DNA of 64,000 bases from the human T2T-CHM13v2.0 reference genome, Homo sapiens: the NCBI RefSeq assembly GCF_009914755.1, contig NC_060937.1; one strand, 5' to 3'. The position numbers and the translations under genes were made by a program. Below, piece after piece: positions 1 through 14,129 of this stretch (position 1 is its first letter; the number at the start of each line of letters is the position of its first letter). The notes under the pieces were generated by a model. The model was not told the DNA's origin, searched no databases, and saw nothing but the letters and a program-made list of their open reading frames with translations.

Positions 1-1144
1 ATAGTTCACCAGTACTATGGTGTACTTCCCTTAAGTGTTCTTTAAATCTATTTCCTTTTTTATTTTTAAATTAAAAAATTTAGTACTTTCCCATGTGTAT
101 ATCTATTTCAACTAAGGCATCTGTACTAAACTAAGCAGGTAGAGATGTTTGACATTGCTTGTCAAGTTTTTCCAAATCAATGACCAACTTAGTAATTCAC
201 GGCCCACAAAATATTTCTAAACTGTATTGCATGCACCCATGTATATATTTACTTACCCATAGAAATAGTCAATCAATCTTTACTTAAAGACTGTTACATG
301 TTAAGAATTTTGTTAAGTACTGGTTATACAATTTAGTTAAGTACTGGTTTTATACATACACAAAATTATGTTTGTCTTTTTCTTGAATACAAAGTCCCAT
401 CTAGTTTGGCTAATTGTTGTAGAGGCTGAATTATAGAAAAACAGTGGTAGAAGTATTATGTTTAATTTGCTATGAAATAGAGAGAAAAGGTAAATATGGC
501 CAGTGTCAGAAGGCCAGGGTGTCATTTAAACAGACTTTAAGTAGACTATTTGGAGAAGGTATAAGACAGAGGGAACCTTATGGATAAAATGTTGTGCAAG
601 CAAAAAATATGGCTACATTTAGCCTGCTATGGTTGGAACCTGAGGTAGAGGTGAGAAAGGGAGATGAGATAAATCTAGGTATGTAGATAGATGTTAAGAA
701 GTGAAACACCATCAATTCTGGACCAGACCTGATACTGAATTTTTTCATGTCTTTATACAGGGAGAAACCAATATTCTATTTTATGTTAAAAACAAACAAA
801 AAAGCAAACCCTTGAAATCTTCAACTCCTTTCCATATCCTTTCCTTTACTTTCACATATGTCATAGTCATAGATGGAAACAAATAGCCCACCCAAATTGA
901 ATAATTTGAAAAGCACCCAATAGAGAAATAATGTATGTAAAAGTGCAAGGGATGGATAGAGGCAGCCCATATAAAAAGTGTTGCACTCCAAGACAAATGA
1001 GATGTAGAGATACGCATGGCAGGGGCCTTAAGGTGAGGGGAAGAGTCAGGCCGAAGGATGAAGATGGGGAATGCATAGCCCAACTCACCCTACATCCTAC
1101 CACATACCTATTAACAGTGCTACCCTTCTACTCACTAGCTAAAT

Positions 1145-1500
1145 TGTTGTGGTCTGAATGTCTGTGTCGTACCAAAAGTTAAAAGTTGAAAGCTAAAACC
1201 CAAGGTGTTGGTATTAGGACACTGGACCACTGGGAGAAGAATAAGTTATGAGAGTAAAGCCTTTGTGAATGGGATGAGTGCCTCTATCAAAGAGATGGCA
1301 GGGAACTAGCTAGCCCCCTCTGCCTTGTGAGATGACAGTGAAGACTGATGTCTAGGAAGTGGGCCTTCATCAGACATTGAACCTGCCAGTGCCTTGTCTT
1401 GGTGTTCCCACCCTTGAGAATTGGGAGTAATAAGTTACTGTTGTTTATAAGCTGCCCAATTTATGGTAGTTTGTTATAGCAGCCTCAATGAACTGGGACA
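1145..1500 (+). mobile_element. MaLR solo LTR (MLT1A/MST-like)
   Basis: Starts TGTTGTGGTCTGAATGT, ends TTTGTTATAGCAGCC...GACA; typical MaLR LTR termini and length. Confidence 0.75.
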
Positions 1501-1970
1501 CAAGCTCAACAGGAAACCAACGGACAAAGGGTCTAATGACCATAATCGTTCACTTCCAGTGCTTAAAACCTGCTGGAAGATGGTCAAGACTGATCCAGAG
1601 GGGCAAGCAGAAGATATGCAGTGCCTTGTCCTACAAAACATCCAAACCCACAAGAACTTTTAAATTTGTCCCATAAATGTATCTGTTATCTTTGCAAACA
1701 TACATGTGCATAGTTATTTGAATTTTATTCTATACAAAAGGGGTTCACTAAAGGTCTTCTACAAAGAAAACCACATCATCTGATTTATATTTTAAAATCA
1801 GCATTTATAATCGCTATAATGTAGAGAGTGGTTTGAGAGGCAAATCTACTTGCAGTCAATAGTCCAAGGAAATGAAGTACATCATGTCAAGAGCATTGAA
1901 AATAGGCAGTAAAAAGCATATAGAAGATTATCAAGAACTAGGTGAAAGAGGGTTTACTAAACAGTTGTCT

Positions 1971-2300
1971 GGCCAGGCACGGTGGCTCATGCCTGTAATC
2001 CCAACAATTTGGGTGGCTGAGGTGGGCGGATCATTTGAGCTCAGGAGTTTGAGACCAGCCTGGCCAACGTGGTGAAACACCATCTCTACTAAAAATACAA
2101 AAATTAGCCGAGCGTGGTGGTGGGCGCCTGTAGGTTCAGCTACTTGGGTGACTGAGGCACAAGACTCACTTGAACTTGGAAGGCTGAGGTTGCAGTGAGC
2201 TGGGATCACGCCGCTGTACTCCAGCCTGGGCGAAAGAGTGAGACCCTGTTTCAAAAAAGAAAACAAAACAAAACAAAACAGAGAAACAAACAAACAAAAA
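1971..2300 (+). mobile_element. Alu (AluS-like), full length
   Basis: GGCCAGGCACGGTGGCTCATGCCTGTAATCCCA start, A-rich linker, right arm, (A4C)n-type tail; degenerate TSD AAACAGTT on both sides. Confidence 0.95.
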
Positions 2301-2779
2301 CAGTTTGTGTCCATGTCTGAATGAGAGTGTCTGTGTGAAGGATCACAGTGTTAGTAAAGTATGAAATTGAAACTGATTTCAAGAATTTAGCTTGGAGTTA
2401 TTCTCATGACATTGACTTAAATACAAGGAAATAAGGGGTTCTTGGGGAGTTGAAAGTTAATTTAGTTGGGATGTTGAATTTGAGATGGCTGTGACATGTA
2501 CAGATGGTGATTAGTGATAAGTAGTCAGAAATATGTTTCTAAAGCTCAAAATCAGAGTTTGAACTAGGATATAAATTGCAGTTGAAACTATAAAAATGAA
2601 TAAGATTGCCCAGGGAGATCTATTGCAAAGAAAAAGGGTCATACTTGTAACATTCACATTTCCAAATATACTAGATATAAGAAAAAGAAATAAAAGATCT
2701 AGTGATTTAAAAGACAGAAATATAAAATTTTATTATTCACAACTGAAAAATTTCTGCTTTAGAATGCCTAAAGCAGAGA

Positions 2780-3583
2780 ATTCTAAAATTGCTATAGGAA
2801 AAATAAAACTCTAACAGATCCAAGTAATTTTATAAGTAAATTTAGAAATGTTATAGAATCAAAATCAATTATATATCTATATGCTAGCAATAAAAATTTG
2901 GAAAATAAGATGTAAAGGATACCACTTAAGATAGCATTCAAATACGTAAGGCATTTGAGATTATATTTAGTGAAAGTTTTTTCAAGATTTTAAGTAAAAT
3001 TTTTAAAAATATGACTGAGATAAAATTTTTAAAAGTCCCCAAATAACTGAGAGATATACAACATTCATGAATTAAAAGACTCAAAAGAGTTACATGTTCC
3101 CCCAAATGCTCTATCAATTCAGTATAATTCCAAACAAAATCTCAAATTTTTTCTTATAGTTAATAGTGAACTAATTCTAACATTTATTTAGAAACACAAA
3201 AGCTCTATTATAACCAAAACAATCTTGAAAAAGTAAAACAAAATAGAAACTTCCTCTTTCTGACTTCAAGTTTTACTATTAAGTTACAGTAAATAGGACA
3301 GTATTTTGTGAGCATAAAGATAGACAGATCAATGGAAAAGAATAGATAGTTCAAAAATAGGTTTGCACACATGTGATGATTTGTTTCAAGGATATTAAAA
3401 TAATCCAATGTGTGAAGAAAACTATCTTCAACAAGTGTTGTTGGAATAAATGAATATCTGTATGCAAAACAAAACAAATCAAAACTTTGATCCCTAACTT
3501 ACACAATACACAAATTGATTCTAGATGGATGATTTTGAATTCAAGACTTAACATTCAACATGTAAACATTAAAGCTAAATGCC

Positions 3584-3614
<31 letters not shown>

Positions 3615-4450
3615 ACAAAAAACTGTCAACCTTCTGGAAGAAAACATAGAATATATTTGTGACTTAGGCAGGCAGTTTGTCTTTTTCCATAAAGAAATAG
3701 TTATTTCTACATCATCATTTAAACTTGAACTGATATTTTACAAAAGGAAATAAAATGTAAATGGCTAATAAACACATGAAAAGGTTTTCATCATTAGTCT
3801 TTAAGGAGGCATTACTTAAAAGTGCAATGAAATAGCATCCTTTAGAATACTAAAGAAAAAAAGAACCATTCAACATGGTCAATGATGTGGAGCCACTAGA
3901 AATCTCAGACACACTGTGGTAGAATGTAAAATGGCACAACTATTTTGAAAAAATAAAGTGTCAATATTTTTTTGGACAAAGTTAAACAAAGATCCATTCT
4001 ATGACAAGCAATTTCATTCCTATGTACTTACCTAAAATAAGTGAAAACATGTGCTTATAAAAAGCATTGTGCTATAATATTTATGGTAATTTTATTCATA
4101 ATTGTCCTAACCTGGTAAGAATTCAGATATCTATTGACAGGAGAATGGGTAAGCACCTATTGTAGTGTAGACCCATTCATGGAATAATATTCTACAATTC
4201 AAATACCAAACTACCAACACTCTGCAACAACAAAGACGTAGCTCATAGTCACTTGAGTGAGAGAAGTCAGACAAAAAATGGAATACTTTCTAGAAGGCAA
4301 CACAAAGAAACTTTCTGAGGTGATAAAAATTATTTTGATACAGGTATGAGTTATAAAAATGTACACATTTGCCAAGTTTATCTAACTATACACTAAATAT
4401 TTACCCATCACATTGTATGAAAACTACATTTCAAATATAAAATTAAATGA
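2780..4450 (+). mobile_element. Old L1 (L1M-type), ORF2 3' part and 3' UTR remnant
   Basis: Degenerate L1 ORF2 motifs (CTGACTTCAAG, GACAGATCAATGGAA, CTTCAACAAGTGTTG, TGTAAAATGGCACAAC) in A-rich sequence; no open frame. Confidence 0.75.
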
Positions 4451-4758
4451 ACATTTCATTGCTTATTTGGCATTTTTTGCACTAAACAATAAAAAGCTAA
4501 AAAAATGCTTCTTGTATCTTGTGGCTGGCTTACCATTCTGTAGAAAGAAATAATACTCTCATTGCAAAGCAATATATTTTTACTACGAAAAATTATGGTA
4601 TAGGAACTTAGGATATATTCAGTGCCTAACAGTCATTACTTACGTATGTGCTTGGTATTATTGTTTGACATAACAAGTCAAATATAATTGATCAAAGAAA
4701 GAAACAAAATGAGTCTGATCAGCTCTAAAATATTCCCTCACATTTGTATTAAATACTA

Positions 4759-5122
<364 letters not shown>

Positions 5123-5737
5123 TCATTAGAATATTGGTTGCTGTCATTATAATCATACTTTCTTTTCAAAGAGAAATCTGGGTTTCAAATTCAAAACATG
5201 ACATAGAAGATGCAAGAACTTAAAAATTTTTAAATAGTTTATTAAAAGAAACTTGAATATTCTGATGACTATTTTGTGGTAGATGTCAAGGAAGTAAAAA
5301 AGTATAGTTAACATTCATATAATTTATTTTCTCCATAAACAAACAATAAATAGCTTTATCATGGCGTTGCCATTATTGTTTTGAGGTGAGGTGTAGTGTT
5401 AATCATTGATTGGCTCGATCTTTGTGAACAATATACATTCTTCTAACCTGTTTTTCTTTTTTGTAACTATACAGTACTGTAATAATGCATGCCAAGAATA
5501 ATTACCTATTTGTTAAATATCATTATATCTAGAAGTCAAGGACTTTGAGAGGGCAATATTAGCACTGGTAGGCAGACTTCAATTACACAAGATAAAGAAG
5601 ATATTTAGGTTACATTTTCAGGATGTATTTGTAGTGTCAGTAAAATGAAGAACCAGAGTTGGGTTTGACTTGTATTTCCTCTGCAAATATTGTTTCTAAT
5701 TGAGAGATAACAGAAAGATAAAAGGATTTATCAGTAG

Positions 5738-6243
5738 TGGTGATGGTAAATTTTACTTGTCAACTTGACTGGACCACAGGGTATCTGGATATGGTCAAAC
5801 ATTACTTTAGGTGTGTCTGTGAGGAAGTTTTTGGATGATATTAACATTTAAATCTGAAGACAGAGTAGAACATTGACTTTCCAGCATGAGTAGCCCTTGT
5901 CCAATCAGCTGAAACCTTGACAAGAACAAAAATGTTGGTCTTCCCATAAAAAAGAAGGAACTCCTTCACTCTGACTGCTTTGAGCTGCGACACCTGACCT
6001 TCAGACTTGAACTGAAGTACTGGCTTTTCTCGTGTTTTGAGGCTGCTGACTTTAGACTAAAACTACATTGTGAGTCCTCTTGGCACTCAGGCCTTCCTCC
6101 TGGGTCTCCAACTTGCTGACTGCAAATCCTGGGACTTCTCAGCCTCCAAAATCGTGTGATCAAATTTCTAATAATAAATCTATTTCTACATACGTATATG
6201 CATCCTATTGGTTCTGTTTCTCTAGAGAACCCCAAGTAATACA
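5738..6243 (+). mobile_element. MLT2-type (ERVL) solo LTR
   Basis: Starts TGGTGATGGTAAATTTTACTTGTCAACTTGACTGG, ends GGTTCTGTTTCTCTAGAGAACCC..AATACA. Confidence 0.8.
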
Positions 6244-8324
6244 TCAGTAATATTTTGAAACAGCAAAATCCTGTACTAGAGATGAAAGAGGAAGCCTGTC
6301 TACTTCTTAACAGCAAATTCAAACACTATTGTTCCTGGTACTTCCCACCTTAAAACAGATTCATAGATAAGAATGGGATCTATTTCTCTTCTCTACCCAA
6401 GTCTCAAGAAGGATGATGATGGAGGTAAAAAACAGAAGTGAGGGAGAAACTTAAATAGTTATTCACACAGAAGGGATAAATGTTAACCGAAACATCCCTA
6501 GTGTTCCTTAGAATAATTTGAAAGTTTGTTCAGACATATGTTGACTCATTGCAGCAGTCCTTCCTTCAGAGTTAGTGTTTATGAAAGTTATTTAATGAGG
6601 GTGACCTTGGCTTTTATTTAGTTATTTTGAAATAGACAAGTATGTCCAAGTTATAGAAAATAATGTAACAATTATAATCACGGTACCCGGATTAAAAAAT
6701 AAAGTTAAAGTCAAATTCCCCAGTGTTTCTGTATCTCTCCTTATCCACATTATCCCTCTCTTCCCACTTATCTGAAATTTGGTATGCATCAGTCCCATAG
6801 GTGTTTTCAAAAGTTATTACATATTTATCACAAAACAACACAGACTATGGTTTTGGTTGTTCTTAATCCTTGAAATGAGTTTTATTATATTGCTCATATG
6901 CTTTTGTAACTTTCTATTTTTCACTCAATACAACGTCAGCGAAATCCTTCCATGTTGACACATGCTGCTTCGGTGCACTCATTTTCTCCATCTTAATTTT
7001 GTCTAACAGTTGATAGGGATAAGACGGTGAACTTCCATTTTGATCATTTTGCCTTTTTTCTTTTCTCTTTTAGCAAAATTGAAAGTACCCTGATGAGTAT
7101 TTCAGGCAGTTTCTGGGTGAGAGAACTGACTTTGGCAGGAGTTTGTATGCCACAGTTGTTTTCCCCTTTCAGAGCTGAGCTGAAATGTTAATTACTTATT
7201 CCAACTGGCAGTCTTGCAAAAATTTCTTTGAAAGCAAGGGCTGAAATTGTGGAGATAGTAGCTGTGAAATAAGAGCATAGCAACCTGCATTTATACCAAA
7301 CAAGGTAACAGAAACAGACTGAAGCAGTGTCCCTAAAACTGACCCAAAGTCTTAAACAGAACAAAAGAAAATATATACAGACGCAAACATGATTGACAGT
7401 GGTATAGATGACATATGCTTCTGTCATTCTTCCATTTAATCCAAATAGAGGGATGATACTCTTTTCTCAGCTCACAGAATGTTGCAGGTTTTTAGAGACA
7501 GAACCAAAGAAGTCTGCGTCAAGAATTCTCTGGCCTCCATCTGTATGCCCAAATAGTGTAAGATTTCTGTGCATAAATGGACTGATTATAATAATAATAA
7601 TAGCATTATTTGAGTGCTTATTCTGAGCCCAGCAACATTGTAAAAACTAACATATAACCAATTTAATTTTCATAATAGTCCTATGAAATAAAAACTATTA
7701 TTTTTTCCAATTTATAAGTGAGGAACTTGAGCACAAAAAGATAAACTAGTCAGCTCAAGAATGAAAATCTTTAAAAAAAAAAAGCCAAAATTAAAATCCA
7801 TGCTCAATAATGTGCTCATTTTTTTCAGATACTATTGACTGATGCATTACTACTTACCATTTCCGTTAATCCTTTAGGACGAATTTTATACAGTAGACAT
7901 AATCTCATTTAGAACCCCTTCCAACCTGTTCAAATATAGGTCCCTTAGATGTTCTGAAGACTGAGACAGTTTTTCCAGATACCCCCCGATTAAGTAAAAA
8001 GAGCTTGAGCTTGATTGGACATGACTTTGTTGTAAATATACAACTATCATTTACTAAGACTGACCATCAATTTTCTCATTTTTAGAATGGAACAATAAGA
8101 GTACTTCATACATTGCTGTGATAACTAAGTTTATATATACAAAGTTGTATTGGGTGAGATCCACAATTGAGAACACAATGTGTGAAGGACCCAGTGTTGT
8201 GAGTTTGGGAAACTATCAGCTATTAGAGCTAGCTAAAGTCCCAAAGATAATCTTGGAGCATCACCTCAACAGAAACAACCCTGCCACCACCTCTGTCATC
8301 ACCTGAATGAAAACAAGTGTACAA

Positions 8325-8899
8325 AGGATGGCGATCATTAAAAAGTCAGGAAAAAACAGATACTGGAGAAGATGTGGAGAAATAGGAACGTTTTTACACT
8401 GTGGGTGGGAGTGTAAATTAGTTCAACCATTGTGGAAGACAATGTGGCGATTCCTCAAGGATCTAGAACCAGAAATACCATTTGACCCAGCAATCCCATT
8501 ACTAGGTATATACCCAAAGGATTATAAATCATTCTACTATAAAGACTTATGTGCATGTATATTTATTTCAGCACTATTCACAATAGCAAAGACATGGAGC
8601 CAACCCAAATGCTCATCAATGATAGACTGGATAAAGAAAATGTGGCACATATACACCATGGAATACTATGCAGCCATAAAAAAGGATGAATTCATGTCCT
8701 TTGCAGGGACATGGATGAAGCTGGAAACCATCATTCTCAGCAAACTAACACAGGAACAGAAAGCAAACACCACAGGTTCTCACTCATAAGTGAGAGTTGA
8801 ACAATGAGAACACATGGTGGACACAGGGAGGGGAACATCACACATTGGGGCCTGTCAGGGGGTGGGGGGGTCTAGAGGAGGGATAGCATTAGGAGAAAT
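8325..8899 (+). mobile_element. L1PA (approx. PA7-8) fragment: ORF2 C-terminus and partial 3' UTR
   Basis: ORF 8307-8789 translates to L1 ORF2 C-terminus ([37 protein letters not shown]); G-rich 3' UTR tract at 8848-8882. Confidence 0.92.
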
Positions 8900-10013
8900 T
8901 TTAAAAAAATCATAAAGGGCTAGGGACAGCCTTTGGGTGGGGCACAGTTGATAAAAAGAAGCAATTCCCTCACATTTCCTACTATAAGGGGTCAAAATAT
9001 CAAGAGAAGATATCATGAAGTCTGTAACAGACTGCACAAGGAGTCAGATCTTTACTCCCTGGTTGAATGTTTGCTTATTTACCAAATAAGCTTCCAGATA
9101 TGAACAAAAATGTGGAGAAGACTTGGCAGGCAGGTGGCCAGGAGAAAGGAGAGCAAGAGCACCTACCACCAAACCCCAATCACGAAAAGTCACAAATAAT
9201 CGATCCATCTCTCCTCCACAGGATTCAGGGTTGTAGGTCATAAAGGGGAGTAACTATAGGTTTATGGGTGACAAAACAAGCAGAGAGCTAAAACACAGGT
9301 GTCTCTGAATTTGCCACTTAATTTGACGTGGCACTTCCCACTGGAGTGGTCAGACATTTGTTTAAACTGTCGATGAGCCAGTAATACCTGGTTAGAAGAG
9401 TAAGGATTCAGCTTTTATTATCAGGGCTCTCTTATGATCATCAGTCCACCAACAGTTCACTGAAGCCATACAGAATGAAGCCATAGAAGAGTCATTATGA
9501 GTCAACAAGGAGCAGACCTCAGATTTATTACAGAGAGCCAAAGAAGGAGATGATGTTTGTTTTCGCTCAAGAGCTTCCCTTCCACAATCTGAATGGGAAC
9601 CACAGGGAGAAAGGAGGGCATGAGAAGGAGCAGATTTTGACTCCCATCATGCTCCAGGCTGCTCTCCCTCTGTTTAGTTTGCACTGGTGGGTTGTGGGGA
9701 ATTGATGCTGAGAAAGGAAAGCTTTGAAAAAAATGAAAATTTGAAATATGAAACAAAATGACAATTTTGTAAGATCTAAAAGTATCTGTTTCAATAATCT
9801 TAACTACCTGAAATGTATAGAACTAAACTGAGATGCCATTAAGGAACTCAGCTACCCAGTGGTAAAGCTGGTAAAGCTGGGAGGATTGATGGAACATTGC
9901 TAGTAGCCATTACTGGAGAAGTAACAACGTAAGTGAATCTTCAAACACCTGCAAGTTAAAATTGCATACTTAATCAGTATGCCAGTTATTAAGCTATTGA
10001 CTTTCACTCTTAA

Positions 10014-10326
<313 letters not shown>

Positions 10327-11254
10327 TGAACTTGGCTTTCTAAACTCCGTTTTGTGTTTCTGGTATTTGGACTATGGAAACTTCAGTTTCTCATTTGACA
10401 GCTGGTTCCTTGCGATGTTCTACCGACAGGGAGACATAGAAAGAGATGGAAAGATGAAAAAGAAAAGACATGCCCTGTTTGTTTGTTATGCTTGTCAACA
10501 TTGCCTCTGCAATATCCCTTCAACTTTTTACTAATTCCGATTCTAGCTTTTTTCGTATTCTCGGCACCAGCTGGACAATGCCATCGCCATCCCCCCAGAG
10601 GTAAGAGCCACAGATCCATGGGATACCTCCCAGTTTCTAGTTTCTAATAATCTTAAATTATTCCAGCTTTAGGGGTGATATTTGGTTCTTAAACTTGCTA
10701 TGACTGTGTTAACCTGTGTTCATTTTTCTTTTCCAGTTCTCCAACACTAGTTTAACCTTTTTACATTAATAGTTCTCTTAAAATATCTGATGTTTCTTTT
10801 GCTTTCTTGATTGGACCCTGATTGATAAAATCAGGTAAAATAGCTACAGGCTTGATAGATAGTAGGTACTCAGTAAATATCGGTTCTTGTTCCCTGGTTG
10901 GAGGTGAAAATAAAAGTTGGAATTCTACTATGCCTTTTTCTCCCTAACTTGTCAACTAAGAGGAACATTGTCCTAAAATAAAGCCATGCGGACTTTTACT
11001 CCTTAAATAATTTTGATATGATAGTGGATGTATGTATTCTCTATAGATAATACATATTATCTGTCACATTATACACACCACTGTATATGTATGTATCAAT
11101 GGGTGCACCCAGACACGTGTATGTTAACTATATAAGTGTATGTATATGGGCAAGAACAAAGAAAATAAGGGAGCATTACTTTTAATAATGGTAAAATATT
11201 TTTTCTTAATATTTTTATAGTGTGTGTGCTTAGACAAACGGTGTTAAAAAGTCA

Positions 11255-11350
11255 TTTTTATATTATATAATAATATAAATTATTATTTTTATATTATTAA
11301 GTAATATATTTATCATTTTATTTTATTAACATTTATTATATTATTTAATA
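11255..11350. repeat. AT-rich low-complexity tract
   Basis: Almost pure A/T with TTA/TAT motifs. Confidence 0.8.
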
Positions 11351-12589
11351 ATCAGAGATTTCATAGTTCCTGCATTTTAAAATCTTATTTCTAGTGACAA
11401 TAGCAATGTACATTTCTATGACTTAAGAATCACTACATAGGTCATTCAGTAACCACCTTAATGTTTCCTCAAGACATAGGAAAATATAAGGAATGTGCTT
11501 TAGAATCATGCCTCTGAACTTGGTACCTGTCTTCTGTCAGATTTCATGGCCCACTGTTGTGCCATTGAAGAGCTTGGCTACATCTACGTAAAATCTTCCT
11601 GATTTAGGGATGTGAATTTCCTGATATTATATTTTTATGTTCAACCATTTTAATTTGATTTTTTTCCTGTCTGAATTTCTTTTTCTGTTTCACCTTATCA
11701 TAATTGTTCTTTTTATTCTGATGATTTCAGCTTCCTTGATGAATAGCTCAGACATCTCCTGAGAATGATATGAACTCCAGTTATTTAACAAAGTTGAAAT
11801 TTCATTGTGTAACAGAGAGACAGATGCTGCTTATATTGCCCCAATGAATCTGAAATATATAATCTCTGAGCATTTTAGGTTTTGGTACCTGGAACCCCTG
11901 GGTAACAATTAGTTTCTAACAATGTACTTCCATCTTCTTATAGCAATCTCTGATCACTCATAATTTCTATCTATTCTCATAGAACAACACATAAAAGTGA
12001 AATAGACCTGCTTTTCACCACCTGTAACCTCTAAAGGAGCAAATTTTTGACTTTCTTTTGTCCTGAGTCTTCTTATAACAGCAATAAATATTCACTTAAC
12101 TTGTTGCAGAGGGTTATGTGGTGGCGGGGTAGGGGGGTGGCAGTAGGAGAAATGTCAGTGGTGTCAATGGATAAAACAAGAAAAAAACAACAAAACAATA
12201 AAGAGAGGAGAAAGAAACTTGGAAGCCAAAGATCATTTGTTATCATATAAAAATGTATATGCATCTCTGAAAGAGGTCCACATACACAAATATATGTAAA
12301 TGTGTGTGTGCAAAATATAAAATATTTTTTTCATTTATTTTCTATGTGCTTTAGCACAACTAATATGGATCAAATACTAAAATCTACTATCTGACATTTG
12401 TGGAAATATGTTAGCATGTTTTACTATTTTCTCTCAGGGGTACATTGTGAGGTATGTGAAAGCAAGTCCTAGGGCCTACTGGGTAGTAATTATATACATA
12501 TATATATAGAGAGAGAGAGAGAGTAAAGTATATGTAGTAAATACATATATTATGATTGAATAAACCTACAGGTTGCCTGTTGACTATTA

Positions 12590-13340
12590 ATTCATTCATT
12601 TATTTGTCATATATATTTTAAGTACCTAATTTTTGCAAGGCATTGTAAATAGAGCAGGAAATGAATCCAACAATAACAAAAACGCCAACCAAAACTCACT
12701 GCCTTCATGATGCTTATATTCTAATTGGATTATATGGACACTATCAAATATATAATTGAAATATGTAGTGTATCAGATAGTAATGAATGTCACTGAGAAG
12801 AACAAGGCAAGTAAGGTGCATAGGGTGTGTGTGTGTGTGTCTGTCTGTGTGTGGTGTAATTTTTAAAAGGAGTCATGGAGACCTCGTTGAGAAGAGGCTT
12901 TTGAATAATCACTTAAGGAGATGGACACACAATGGGTCTTGTAAATAAAGGTAAAGGAAAGGGCAAGGGAAAGAGCCTTGAGGCATCAGTGTGCCAGGAG
13001 GAGGTCCATGCATCTGAAGCTGAATGAGCTAGAGGAGGGTACAGTAGAAGATATGATCACAGGGGCAATTGGAACCTAGCTCTGTAGTTTTCCGTTAGCA
13101 TTATAATGACTGCAGATTTTATTCAAAATAAATATGGAAACCATTGGAAAGTTTTGAGCAGAGGAGACTAATCAGATTAAGGGTGGAAGCAAAAGCCTGG
13201 GTAAAAGGCTATTGCTTGACAATAAAATGGCACAGGATGTTATAAAAATTGTGAGATTCTGTGGTATCTTGAAGGTACTTCCAACAGGATTTGGTTATGG
13301 GTATGAAGTGGGCTATGAGGGAAGGAAATGAATCAAGAGA
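12590..13340 (-). mobile_element. L2 LINE 3' remnant with an internal (TG)n at ~12825-12852
   Basis: Starts ATTCATTCATTTATT (reverse of the L2 tail); GGAAACCATTGGAAAGTTTTGAGCAGAGGAG is a typical L2 motif. Confidence 0.7.
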
Positions 13341-14039
13341 TATAAATTTAACAAACAGTGATGAACCTATCACTGTTTTGTTTTACTTGTATTATCTAAT
13401 TTAATTTTATAAAGAAAATATAGTATTAGAAAATAATGGTAGAACTCATTATTTTTCTCATTTTACAGATGACGAAATTAAGATATGTAGAGGGACGGTA
13501 TCTTGCCCCAGTCAGATGCTTATACTTGACAGCTCATGGATTCCAATCCAGGCAGTCAGGTTCCACTGTCTAATTCTCAATAACAGAGTTCTGGGGCTTC
13601 TCTACAATGGCATTTAGAGTGTTCGTTTTAAGAAACTGAAAGAATGTTCCACTAGGGAGTATTATGTGCAAAACTAAAAAAAGAGTTCAGGGAGAAATTT
13701 AAGAATTTGGTTCTGGAGTTGTTAAATTTGAGAGGTCATAAAGAAAGTTGGACATACAGGTAAAAATGGGGACTCCAGTTTAGAGATTAAATTTGGCATC
13801 ATCAGACTGCAGAGTTAGGCTAATAGGTTTAGGAATAGGAATGAAAAGGGAGTGCGTCTAGATAGACTGTTCTGTTGCTTCATTTTACAATTTTATTGTT
13901 TAAAGCCAGATAAAGATTTAAGAACATAGCAATCACAACAACAAAGAAGAAGAAGAAACAGCATTTGGAGCATATTATTATTTATAATATTAGAAATGTT
14001 CTCCCTTGTGCATATTTTATGGATCTGTTCTTTGTCATG

Positions 14040-14129
14040 CTTCCTGTAGCTTAAATGGTTAAATGTAGGTAAATGGCTTCCAGGAAGCTTAAATGCTTCC
14101 TGTAGCTTAAATGCTTCCTGTAGCTTAAA
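14040..14129. repeat. Short tandem repeat, 18-bp unit CTTCCTGTAGCTTAAATG
   Basis: Copies at ~14040, 14077 (variant), 14096 and 14114. Confidence 0.85.

Noticed and set aside
1931-2314. 127-aa ORF, and similar ORFs at 4756, 10020, 21500, 31808, 38007 and 43350
   Set aside because: These are antisense Alu translations ([11 protein letters not shown] motif), not genes.
8307-8789. 160-aa ORF
   Set aside because: C-terminal fragment of L1 ORF2 with a start codon in flanking DNA.
14040-14129. CRISPR-like repeat array
   Set aside because: No unique spacers of constant length, no cas genes, and a mammalian context.
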